NCBI GenBank assembly: GCA_005881435.1 | Contig: VBHP01000033.1 | Span: forward strand, 54,215-118,214 | From: Chloroflexota bacterium | GTDB lineage: Bacteria; Chloroflexota; Limnocylindria; P2-11E; CF-107 | Length of the DNA: 64,000 nucleotides | Direction of reading: 5' to 3' | Part shown: piece by piece, positions 30,949 to 39,696 of the stretch | Layout: every line of letters begins with the position of its first letter | Position numbering within the stretch: the stretch's first letter is position 1 | The notes under the pieces: generated by a model | What the model was told of the DNA's origin: nothing | The model's input: the letters and a program-made list of their open reading frames with translations, nothing else | Database searches by the model: none | Translations under genes and position numbers: made by a program

Positions 30949-32301
30949 GTGATCGTCCGCGAGCGACTCCGCCCGGACGTCTTCCGTCTACCCGTGGAGA
31001 AGATCCGCTCCGGTTACAAGAGCGATATCTACTTCAACCGCACGAAATATGTGCTCGAACGCGACGGCCTGCACCGGCGCGCGACAATGCAGGTCTTCCA
31101 GAAGAACGACGGCGTCACGGTCGTCGGCACCGACCACACCCTCGCGATCCTGCACGTCGGGACGGGTCACTACCGCGATCGCGTCGCGGCGCAGCGGCTC
31201 TTCGAGCGCTATCTCGAGAACGAACGCGCGCTCTATCGCGTCTGGTCGGCGCTTCCCGGCGTCGAGTGGGATGAGTACGAGGCCGTGGCGCGACGGATCT
31301 TCGACACCAGCCGCGCGCTATCCGAGCTGTGGACGCCGGCCTGGCAGGAGCTCGAGGTGCGCTCCCTTTTCGACGGCGAGAGCGCCGGCGCGCGCGAAAC
31401 GGTGATGCACATCGACGGCGACTACGCCGAGTACGCACATCTGGAGACGCTGTACCTCGGCGCGCTCACCGACGGCAGCAAGATTGCATCGAACACGCGG
31501 ACGGTCGTCGAAGCGGCGAACGGCAAGCCGGTGATCATGTTCGGCGCACGCCATCAGTCCCATGAAGCGCAGGCCGGCGCGGGCTACGCCGCGCACGTCG
31601 GCGGCGCCATCGGGGTGTCCACCGACGAGCAGGGTGAGTGGTGGGGCTCCACCGGGCTGGGCACCATCCCGCACGCGCTCATCGCGATCTACGGCGGCGA
31701 CACGGTGCTGGCGACGCTGAAGTTCGACGAGCACATCAACCGTTCGGAGGAGCCGCTGGCGCATCTGACGGCGAAGGAGAATCCCGAAGGCCACATCAAC
31801 GTCACCGCGCTCGTGGACTTCCAAAATGACGTGGTCGGCACGTCGCTGCAGGTCGCCAAGGCTCTAGGCCAGAAGCTGTGGGGCGTGCGCGTCGACACGA
31901 GCGAGGACCTGCTCGATGCCTCTGTGCTGGAGGAGATCCGGCGCGAACGCGGCCTGGCGCGTGGCGAGCTGCGCGGCGTGACGCCGCGTCTGGTCGAGAT
32001 CCTGCGGGCCGCACTCGACCGGAACGGCTATCCGCACGTGAAGATCGTGGCCTCCGGCGGCTTCGACGCGGCCAAGATCCGGCGGTTCGAAGCGGCGGGG
32101 GTGCCGGTCGACGTCTACGGCGTGGGCGCCGAGCTGCTGCATGCCGGCGGGGCGGCATACGACTACACCGCCGACATCGTGCGCGTTGAGGGTCGTCCGC
32201 TGGCGAAAGTCGGACGCGCCTACGCGGAAAACCCGCGCCTCGGCATCGTCGACTGGCAGGCGCTCACCGGCACGACGCGTGCAGCCAAGGGCAAACGGTG
32301 A
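30949..32301 (+). CDS. Nicotinate phosphoribosyltransferase family protein (type II PRTase)
   Basis: 450 aa. NAPRTase/QAPRTase-family segments (SDIYFNRTKYVL, GARHQSHEA, VRVDTSEDL, VASGGFD). Exact substrate not assignable by eye. Confidence 0.7.
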   Translation: MIVRERLRPDVFRLPVEKIRSGYKSDIYFNRTKYVLERDGLHRRATMQVFQKNDGVTVVGTDHTLAILHVGTGHYRDRVAAQRLFERYLENERALYRVWSALPGVEWDEYEAVARRIFDTSRALSELWTPAWQELEVRSLFDGESAGARETVMHIDGDYAEYAHLETLYLGALTDGSKIASNTRTVVEAANGKPVIMFGARHQSHEAQAGAGYAAHVGGAIGVSTDEQGEWWGSTGLGTIPHALIAIYGGDTVLATLKFDEHINRSEEPLAHLTAKENPEGHINVTALVDFQNDVVGTSLQVAKALGQKLWGVRVDTSEDLLDASVLEEIRRERGLARGELRGVTPRLVEILRAALDRNGYPHVKIVASGGFDAAKIRRFEAAGVPVDVYGVGAELLHAGGAAYDYTADIVRVEGRPLAKVGRAYAENPRLGIVDWQALTGTTRAAKGKR

Positions 32302-33164
32302 TCCGGCGATTCGCCCTCGGCATCCTTGAATCGCAGAACGGCTGGACCGATCCGCTTGGCGGGTTCATCCAGGAGAAGATCCTGCAGCCGGTCTTCAAGC
32401 CGGTGCACTTCCTGAAGGATTTTCTGAACGGCACCTGGCTCGGACATTCCCTGCACGCGCTCCTGACCGACGTCCCCATCGGCGCGTTCACCGCAGCGGT
32501 GGTGCTCGACATCCTCAACGTGCGCGCCGGCGCGGACGTCGCCATCGCCCTCGGCATCCTCGGCATGCTCGGCGCCGCTCTCGCCGGCTGGGCCGACTAC
32601 ACCGACGCCAACGGGAAGGTCCGCAACTACGGCACGCTGCATCAGCTCCTCATGCTCGTCGCGCTGGTGCTCTACATCGTCTCGCTCGGCATGCGTCTCG
32701 GCTCCGGCACGCTCGATCGCACGCTCCCGATCACGCTCTCGGTCGTCGGGTATCTGATCATCGCCGTCTCGGCCTACATCGGCGGCGAGATGGTCTACGG
32801 CCTCGGCAACATGGTCGACCGCCACGCCTTCCGCGCCGCTGGCGCGAAGTGGGCCGCGCTTGACGTCGCGTCGATCGATCCGGACAAGCCGACGAAGGCG
32901 AAGGCCGGCGCGCAGACGCTGGTGGTGGTGCGGAAAGGCGAGCGGCTGTTCGCGCTGCACGACACCTGCGCCCATCAGGGCTGCTCGCTGTCCGAAGGCA
33001 AACTGGTGTCGGGCAACATCATCGAGTGTCCCTGTCACGCCTCTCGCTACGAGCTCGCGACGGGTTACGTGGTCCAGGGTCCCTCGACGTTCGATCAGCC
33101 GCGCTTCGAGATCCGGGAGAGCCAGGGCAAGCTCGAAGCACGCCGGGCCGGGCAGCCCGAGTAA
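32298..33164 (+). CDS. DUF2231 membrane domain fused to Rieske [2Fe-2S] domain
   Basis: 288 aa. N-terminal 4-TM region, C-terminal Rieske boxes CAHQGCSLSEG and CPCHASRY. GTGA overlap with upstream gene. Confidence 0.75.
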   Translation: MIRRFALGILESQNGWTDPLGGFIQEKILQPVFKPVHFLKDFLNGTWLGHSLHALLTDVPIGAFTAAVVLDILNVRAGADVAIALGILGMLGAALAGWADYTDANGKVRNYGTLHQLLMLVALVLYIVSLGMRLGSGTLDRTLPITLSVVGYLIIAVSAYIGGEMVYGLGNMVDRHAFRAAGAKWAALDVASIDPDKPTKAKAGAQTLVVVRKGERLFALHDTCAHQGCSLSEGKLVSGNIIECPCHASRYELATGYVVQGPSTFDQPRFEIRESQGKLEARRAGQPE

Positions 33165-33167
33165 GAC

Positions 33168-34076
33168 TCAGAGCTTGGCGCGGACCACGGCGCGCGCGCT
33201 GAGCCGCGGCCGTCGCATCGTCGCGGTCATCACCGCGTAGCGGACTCCGCGGAACGTGGTCGCCCCCGCGTACGTTCCGTCGGGCGCGAGCACCACGATG
33301 TTCAGTCGCGTGACGTGCCGGCCCTCGAGCCCGTTGGCGCGGGCGATCGCGGTGCGCGCAGCGTCCGCGGGCGTCGCGCCGCCGGCGAGGAGGTCGACCG
33401 CCGTCCGTGCCGTCCCGGCGCGAATGGCAAGCTCGCCGAAGCCGGTGCAGGCCGCGGCGCCGTAACGCGAGTCGCAGTAGTTGCCCGCGCCGATGATCGG
33501 CGAGTCCCCCACCCGACCCGGATACTTGTACGCCCACCCCGACGTCGACACCGCGGAGGCGACGTCGCCGCGACGATCCAACGCCAACACGTTCACGGTG
33601 CCGCGCTCCGCGCCGATGGTGCGCCACACCGTGCGCGCCAGTGACCGCTTCCGCGAGATCGACTCCGGCGTCTCACCGAACGCGCGCAGACGCTTGCGCC
33701 ATAGCTCGCGAGCCGCGGGCGTGAGCAATTCGCGCTCCTCACAGCCGCACTCGCGTGCGAAACGCGCGGCGCCGTCGCCCGCCATGAGCACGTGTGGCAG
33801 TCGCTGCATCACCAGCCGGGCGACGTCGATCGGATAGCGGTAGCCCGTGAGGGCGCAGACGGCCCCGGCGTGACGAGACCGGCCGTCCATGAGCGAGGCG
33901 TCGAGCTCGACCTCGCCGAGCACGTTCGGCAATCCGCCGGTGCCGACGCTGTGGTCGCTGAGGTTGTCTTCGACGATCTTCGTCGCGGCGACGACCGCGT
34001 CCAAGGCGCTGCCGCCACGGCGCAGTACGCGCATCCCGGTCGGCAGACCGACCGCGCCGTTTCCGGACGCGACCAT
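33168..34076 (-). CDS. Isoaspartyl peptidase / L-asparaginase (Ntn-hydrolase, Asparaginase_2)
   Basis: 302 aa from ATG 34076 (MVASGNG...). Autoproteolytic GTVNVLALD and TSGWAYKYPGRVGDSPIIGAGNY motifs. Confidence 0.8.
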   Translation of the reverse strand: MVASGNGAVGLPTGMRVLRRGGSALDAVVAATKIVEDNLSDHSVGTGGLPNVLGEVELDASLMDGRSRHAGAVCALTGYRYPIDVARLVMQRLPHVLMAGDGAARFARECGCEERELLTPAARELWRKRLRAFGETPESISRKRSLARTVWRTIGAERGTVNVLALDRRGDVASAVSTSGWAYKYPGRVGDSPIIGAGNYCDSRYGAAACTGFGELAIRAGTARTAVDLLAGGATPADAARTAIARANGLEGRHVTRLNIVVLAPDGTYAGATTFRGVRYAVMTATMRRPRLSARAVVRAKL

Positions 34077-34158
34077 GACCGGCGGCACGCGCGGCAGGCT
34101 AACGCCTCGTCCGACGCGCCGCAGAGGGCGTAGCCTTTGGCGCCAAGAGACGCGAGTC

Positions 34159-34665
34159 GTGGCCCATCCGGTCGTCGAACAACTGCGGTTCACGCGAAGC
34201 GAATGGCTTCGCGGACTGAACGGCGTCTCCGGCGAGGACGCCTCGCGTCACTGCGGCCAGATGAATTCGATTGGTTGGATCGTTGGCCATCTCACCTGGC
34301 AAGAGCAGCGTTATCTGCTGCACCGTCCGCAAGGGATCATGCTGCGTCCGGAGATCCAGCGAGAGTTCGCTTACGGCGCGCCGATGAGCACGCCGGCGCT
34401 CGCGGACATGCTCGGCGCCTGGCACCAGATCACGGTTGCCGCCGATCCGTTCCTGGACACGCTCACGACCGACGCTCTGCTGAAAGATCTGCCACTCGAC
34501 GGCCACCACAGCGGTCAGACTCAGGGTTCGGCGATACGGCGTCTGACGTACCACTACTGGTTCCACATCGGCGAGATCCAGGCGATCCGTCAGATCCTCG
34601 GACAGAAGGAGCTTCCCGAGTACGTCGGGAGCATCGAGGCCGAGGCGCCGTACCGGCCGGAGTAA
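34159..34665 (+). CDS. DinB/DUF664-superfamily (DinB_2-like) protein
   Basis: About 168 aa. HLTWQEQ and HYWFHIGEIQAIRQ His-rich helical-bundle motifs. Start is approximate: local coordinate/frame bookkeeping is inconsistent by 1 nt in this region. Confidence 0.55.
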   Translation: MAHPVVEQLRFTRSEWLRGLNGVSGEDASRHCGQMNSIGWIVGHLTWQEQRYLLHRPQGIMLRPEIQREFAYGAPMSTPALADMLGAWHQITVAADPFLDTLTTDALLKDLPLDGHHSGQTQGSAIRRLTYHYWFHIGEIQAIRQILGQKELPEYVGSIEAEAPYRPE

Positions 34666-34668
34666 CGA

Positions 34669-35586
34669 TTACCGGCCGGTGAGGCCGCGGACCAGACGGA
34701 AGCCGATGCCCGTCGTCCCGGCATACGGCCCGTGGCGCCGGGCGCAGCGCACCGTGTCCGCGCCGAGCGCGAACGACCCGCCTCGCGTCACTCGGGTCTC
34801 GTGCGCATAGTCAGCGGGAGCCGCGGTCGAGCCGTCGTACAAGCGGAACCACGAGTTCGTCCACTCCTCGACGTTCCCCACCAGATCGAAGAAGCCGAGA
34901 CCGACGGCGCCGAACGCGCCGATCGGTGTGGTGTCGCCGACGTTCGCCTCGCGGGTGTTCGCCCGCGCCGGATCGAAGTCATTGCCCCAGGGAAACTCGC
35001 GATCGTCGCCGGCACGCGCCGCCTTCTCCCACTCGCGCTCGTCGGGTAAGCGATAGATGCGGCCGGTACGGACCGTAAGCCAGCGGCAGTACGCCACCGC
35101 ATCGCCCCAGGCGATGTCCCGCACCGGGTGGTTGCGATATCGCGCCTGCGGCTCGGCGCCGCTCCACCACGATGGCGCGGCGTGTCCGGCGTCGGCGACG
35201 AAGCGCGCGTACTCCTGATTGGTGACCGGGTACTTCGCCAGCGCGAAGACCTGCACGTGTGCGTGGTGGCGAGGCGTTTCCTTGATGAACCAAGGGCGCT
35301 CAGTGCCGGGGTACCGACCGAGGAGCTCGTCGACAGACTCTGGTGCGGTGCCGACCGTAGCCGGACCGGGCGGCAGCGTGATCACCAGCGGTTCGTCGGC
35401 GATGCGTGGGTCTCCGATGAGCGAGAGGGCCAGGCCGGCGCGGCGCCGTTCTTCGAGTGGCTTCCCGGGATCTTCGACGGCGCGTGCGAGATCGGTCCGT
35501 TCGGTCTCGAGCGCGCGCGCATCGAGCGCCCGCGCCGCCGCGACGATCTCGGCTTCGTCTCCCGAAAGCAGCACCGAGGACTTCAT
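34669..35586 (-). CDS. Formylglycine-generating enzyme (FGE/SUMF1) family protein
   Basis: 305 aa from ATG 35586. FGE-sulfatase domain motifs HPVRDIAWGDAVAYCRWL, EREWEKAARAGDDREFPWGN and RVTRGGSF. Confidence 0.75.
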   Translation of the reverse strand: MKSSVLLSGDEAEIVAAARALDARALETERTDLARAVEDPGKPLEERRRAGLALSLIGDPRIADEPLVITLPPGPATVGTAPESVDELLGRYPGTERPWFIKETPRHHAHVQVFALAKYPVTNQEYARFVADAGHAAPSWWSGAEPQARYRNHPVRDIAWGDAVAYCRWLTVRTGRIYRLPDEREWEKAARAGDDREFPWGNDFDPARANTREANVGDTTPIGAFGAVGLGFFDLVGNVEEWTNSWFRLYDGSTAAPADYAHETRVTRGGSFALGADTVRCARRHGPYAGTTGIGFRLVRGLTGR

Positions 35587-35623
35587 GCTTCGAGTATCAC
35601 CGAAGCATGCAGAATTCGGGACC

Positions 35624-36457
35624 GTGGAGCGCGCGCTCAAGATCGGCGACGTCGAGATCCTCGCCCTCCGCGATTGCGTGTTGCCGCTTCGACTCGACTT
35701 TCAGTTCCCCGAAGCGCACGCCGACGACTTCGCGCCGTTCCGCGAACGGTATCCCGGGATGCTCAGCGAGGATCGATGGCTGGCGCCGGTGCGTGCGTTC
35801 CTTATCCGCACGCCCCGCGAGACGGTGCTGTTCGATAGCGGGCTCGGCGCCCTCGGGTCGGTCGCGTCGGTCTTCAACGTCCGCGGGTCGCTGCCGGACG
35901 AGCTCAGACGCGAGGGCTCCCCGCCCGAAGCGATCGAGACCGTGGTCCTCTCGCATTTGCACCTCGACCACGCCGGCGGCGTCATGCGCGCGAGAGGTGC
36001 CGGTGCCGAGCCGACGTTCCCTCGCGCGCGCCATCTCCTCCATCCCGCCGATCTGGAACTGGCGCGCCAGTGGGGGAAGCAGTACTCGGAGACAGTGCTC
36101 GAGGTCGAAGCCCGCGGCCTCCTCGACGCCGCCGCCGCCGACGGCCTTCAGCTGGGTCGCGCGCTATCGCTGCTGCACACGCCGGGTCATACGCCGGGTT
36201 CGATGAGCGTGCTGGTGCTGTCGCGCGGCGAGGGCGCGCTGCTGAGCGCTGACGCGATCCCGAATCCGATGCTGGCGACCGAACCGCAGTGGCGGTTCGG
36301 CAGCGACAGCGACCCGGCGCAGGCGTCGGCGACACGGATCGCGCTCATGGACCGCATCGAGTCGGAGGGCTTGGTGTCGGTGCCGACGCATATGCCCGAG
36401 CCGTTCGGCGGATTCGTTCGCGTCGGCGGCAAGCGGTATTGGCGGGGGCGAACTTAG
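35624..36457 (+). CDS. MBL-fold metallo-hydrolase
   Basis: HLHLDHAGG metal-binding motif plus downstream HTPGHTPG. GTG 35624 preferred; ATG 35585 would overlap the divergent FGE start codon. Confidence 0.7.
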   Translation: MERALKIGDVEILALRDCVLPLRLDFQFPEAHADDFAPFRERYPGMLSEDRWLAPVRAFLIRTPRETVLFDSGLGALGSVASVFNVRGSLPDELRREGSPPEAIETVVLSHLHLDHAGGVMRARGAGAEPTFPRARHLLHPADLELARQWGKQYSETVLEVEARGLLDAAAADGLQLGRALSLLHTPGHTPGSMSVLVLSRGEGALLSADAIPNPMLATEPQWRFGSDSDPAQASATRIALMDRIESEGLVSVPTHMPEPFGGFVRVGGKRYWRGRT

Positions 36458-38340
36458 CGCATTCGCTCCGCGGTGCGGCGCGCCAGCGCCATGACCGTCA
36501 GCATCGGATTGACGCCGGAGGCGCTGGGAAAGGCGCTGGCATCGGTGACGTAGAGCCCGCGCAGGCCCCACACCTGGCCGTCCGGGTCCGCGACCGCGTC
36601 GCGCGGCGAGCCGCCGATACGGCAGGTCGACATCTGGTGCGCGCTGAACAGCGTCACGCGATTCGGGATCGCGCCGCGGCGGCCGATCGCGGCGTGGAAT
36701 GTGTCGAAGTCCTCGTCGGCTCCCAGCTCGAGCGGCGGCGTGTGCAGCGTCGCGATTCGGCGCGCGCCCGCCGCGCGATGGAGCTCCGCGCAGCGCTGCA
36801 TCGCGATCGTCAGGAGCCGACGCTCCAGCGGTCCGCACTCGTAATGCGTGCGCGCCTCGCCGGCGGCATCCACGGTCACGCGCCCCTCTTCGCGATCGCG
36901 GACGATGGCGATGACGGCGGCGAGGTGCCGGAACCGGGCCGCACGTTCGAGGTGATCGGCGCTGCCCCACCACGGCGTCGAAGCCGCGAGGATGCCCGGG
37001 TAGGCGGCGGGTATCTCCAGGCGGAAGCCGTAGCCGGCCTCGAGGTCGGCGAATTCCTCGGACAGCACCGACTGCGGCACGCCGGACCAATGACCGCCAA
37101 GGTCCTCTGGATAATCGCCGTTCGTCACCGCGACCGGGTGGAGGTGCAGATGCCGTCCCGCCTGTGCCGGGGCGATCCCGGAGCGCAGCAGCAGCGCCGG
37201 TGAGAGGATCGCGCCTCCGGCGAGCGCCACGAGCGGCGCGCGAATGCGCAGCTGCCCGCCGCCGGCGACGCGCGCGACAACGGCGGCGGCGCGCCCGCTC
37301 TGGACCTCGATGCGCCGCGCCTCGGTCTCGGGCACGATCTCGGCGCCGGCCGCACAGGCGTCGACGAGATAGGTCCGCAGCGTCGATTGCTTCGCGCCGC
37401 GACGGCAGCCCAGGGTGCAGGCGCCGCAGTCGCCGCAGCCCTTGACGTTGCGGCGGATCGTCGCGCACGACCACCCCAGCCGGCGCAGACCGCGCTCGAG
37501 CATCAGGTTGGGACCGTTGCGCTCGCTCTCGTCGGCGTCGACGTCGAGGCGGGACTCGACCGCGTCGTAGTGACGATCGAGATCGTCGACGCCGGCGGCG
37601 CGCCACTCGTCTCGCACCCCCGGCGGCAGGCGCAGCGAGGTGTTCCAGTTGACCACGGTCCCACCGCCGACGGCGGAGCCCGCCAGGACCGCGATTGCAC
37701 GATCCTCGGTCGAGGCGATGCCGCGATCGAGGAACAGCGACGCGTAGGCCGGAAGCTCCCTCGCGTCGAACTGCATCTCGGTCCGCAGCATCCCGCGCTC
37801 GAGGACGACGACATGTCTTCCCGCCGCGGCCAATGCCGCCGCGACGACTGCGCCGCCGGCGCCGGACCCGACGACGCAGGCGTCGGCGTCGATGGTCTCG
37901 CCGTCGCGCGGCGTCGTGATGCGAAGCGCTGCCGCGGGCGCGGGAGTGTCGAGCGTCTGCCGCGCGTATCCCGCCCGTTCGGCGTACGGCGAGCCGTCGA
38001 GCCCGTACGTGTAGAGCAGGCTCAGGCGCTTGAGGACCTGAAACGCTTTTCGCTTCAAGGGGATCGGGCTGCCGGCCCAGCGCTTGAGGTAGTCCTCACG
38101 CTCGGCCTGGCCGAGTGCGGAGAATCGGACCGCGCGACCGATCAGCCCGAGGTTCGCCACCGGCGACTCGATCGTGTCCAGGAACTGGTCGAGTTCGGCG
38201 ACGAGCGCCGGACGCTCCAGCGCCTCGACCTCCGACCGAAGCAGTCGATGCGTGCCGAGCGCGCTCGCTGACGGTAGCGCCGCGTCCCCCGCGACGAAGG
38301 TGTCGCACACCGCCGCGAGCGCGCGTTCGCGATCCGCCAT
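36454..38340 (-). CDS. GMC-family FAD-dependent oxidoreductase (alcohol-oxidase-like)
   Basis: 628 aa from ATG 38340. FAD motif ACVVGSGAGGAVVAAALAAAGRHVVVLERG and GMC C-terminal catalytic region (...HQMSTCRIG...GLRGLYVTDASAFPSASGVNP). About 130-aa N-terminal extension as in long-chain alcohol oxidases. Confidence 0.8.
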   Translation of the reverse strand: MADRERALAAVCDTFVAGDAALPSASALGTHRLLRSEVEALERPALVAELDQFLDTIESPVANLGLIGRAVRFSALGQAEREDYLKRWAGSPIPLKRKAFQVLKRLSLLYTYGLDGSPYAERAGYARQTLDTPAPAAALRITTPRDGETIDADACVVGSGAGGAVVAAALAAAGRHVVVLERGMLRTEMQFDARELPAYASLFLDRGIASTEDRAIAVLAGSAVGGGTVVNWNTSLRLPPGVRDEWRAAGVDDLDRHYDAVESRLDVDADESERNGPNLMLERGLRRLGWSCATIRRNVKGCGDCGACTLGCRRGAKQSTLRTYLVDACAAGAEIVPETEARRIEVQSGRAAAVVARVAGGGQLRIRAPLVALAGGAILSPALLLRSGIAPAQAGRHLHLHPVAVTNGDYPEDLGGHWSGVPQSVLSEEFADLEAGYGFRLEIPAAYPGILAASTPWWGSADHLERAARFRHLAAVIAIVRDREEGRVTVDAAGEARTHYECGPLERRLLTIAMQRCAELHRAAGARRIATLHTPPLELGADEDFDTFHAAIGRRGAIPNRVTLFSAHQMSTCRIGGSPRDAVADPDGQVWGLRGLYVTDASAFPSASGVNPMLTVMALARRTAERMR

Positions 38341-38365
38341 CGCGTAATCATCGCGCGCCGCCGAT

Positions 38366-39481
38366 TCAGCGCAGCCTGCGCGCGTGGCGCGCCAGGGCCC
38401 GGTTCCGATGCTTGAGCTGCGCGGTGGCGCGCGCGTCCTGCTTTGCCTCCAGATGCTCCAGCTCGCGCAGCAAGCGGCGGAAGCTCGCCAGGCGCGAGGC
38501 ATCGAGGTCGCCGCGCTCGACCGCGCCGAGAACGGCGCATCCGGGCTCCACGGAATGCCGACAGTCTCGGAAACGGCAGTGCGCCGAGAGCCTGTCGACG
38601 TCGGCGAACGCACCGGCGAGCCCATCCTCCGCGTCCCACAGCTGGAGCTCGCGCAAGCCCGGCGTATCGATGATCAGTCCGCCGCCATCGAGACGGATGA
38701 GCTCGCGGCGCATCGTGGTGTGACGTCCCACGCCGTCCCGGCGAGTCTCACGTGTCGCCAGACGTTCGGTGCCGAGCAGGGTGTTTATGAGCGTCGACTT
38801 ACCGACGCCGGACGAGCCGAGCAGCGCCGCGGTCTTGCCCGGTGCGAGATATGGCTCGAGTTCGTCGAGACCTTCTCCGGTGAACGAGCTGCTGACGACG
38901 ACATGGACCCCGAGCCGCGCGAGCCCGAGCGCGCGTTGGCGCGCGTCGTCGCGCAGATCGGCCTTGGTCAGAAGCACCACCGGTTGCGCTCCGCTTTCGT
39001 GCGCCAGCGCCAGAAAGCGTTCGAGGCGGCGAACGTTGGCAGCATCATCGACGGCGATCTCGGCCGCGAGTGCGGAGACGACGAAGACCGTGTCCATGTT
39101 CGCGGCGAGGACCTGCTCCTCTGTGGTGAGCCAGGGCGCCTTTCGAGCGAATTCGGTCCGGCGCGGCAACACCGCGCGGATGGTGGCCCGCCCTTCGTCG
39201 AGACGAACGCTCGCCGCGACCCAGTCGCCTGTCGCGGGCAATCGTCCCGACACGCGTGCCTCGAAGCCGAGCTTCCCTGGATCGCGACGCACGTAGTCGC
39301 CCTGCAAACGGCCCGCGAGCTCCGCGGATAGCTCACCGCCGGCGGAATAGAGCATGTACGCACCGCGGTGCTGCACGGCCACCCGGGCGGGCTCCAGGCC
39401 TGCCGCTTCGTGCGGCCGGAAATGTTCTTCAAAGAAGGGGTGCCAGCCGAGCGCGAATAGCTCGGACCGATTCGCCGACAT
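38366..39481 (-). CDS. rsgA: Ribosome small-subunit-dependent GTPase A
   Basis: 371 aa. Circularly permuted GTPase (LTKADL before GSSGVGKSTLIN) and C-terminal Zn finger CRFRDCRHSVEPGCAV. Confidence 0.85.
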   Translation of the reverse strand: MSANRSELFALGWHPFFEEHFRPHEAAGLEPARVAVQHRGAYMLYSAGGELSAELAGRLQGDYVRRDPGKLGFEARVSGRLPATGDWVAASVRLDEGRATIRAVLPRRTEFARKAPWLTTEEQVLAANMDTVFVVSALAAEIAVDDAANVRRLERFLALAHESGAQPVVLLTKADLRDDARQRALGLARLGVHVVVSSSFTGEGLDELEPYLAPGKTAALLGSSGVGKSTLINTLLGTERLATRETRRDGVGRHTTMRRELIRLDGGGLIIDTPGLRELQLWDAEDGLAGAFADVDRLSAHCRFRDCRHSVEPGCAVLGAVERGDLDASRLASFRRLLRELEHLEAKQDARATAQLKHRNRALARHARRLR

Positions 39482-39696
39482 GTGATCTCCTCGAGCCGAT
39501 TAATGGGACGCGGGCCGCGGCAGGCCAGGCTCAGGAGACCGCTTCGCGAAAGACGCTCGGCAGCCGCTAGAGCCGGATGGCCCTCTGTGCGGTGGGGAAT
39601 CCTCGTCGATCTGTCATTGCGCACCTCCGCTTGCCGAACTGCGAGCGGTATAGCACGGATGCGCACCCCGTTCGAGTGTCGATCCGCGAGCAGCGA

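Noticed and set aside
36164-37606. 480-aa Arg-rich minus-strand ORF
   Set aside because: Alternate frame inside the GMC oxidoreductase gene; more than 30% Arg.
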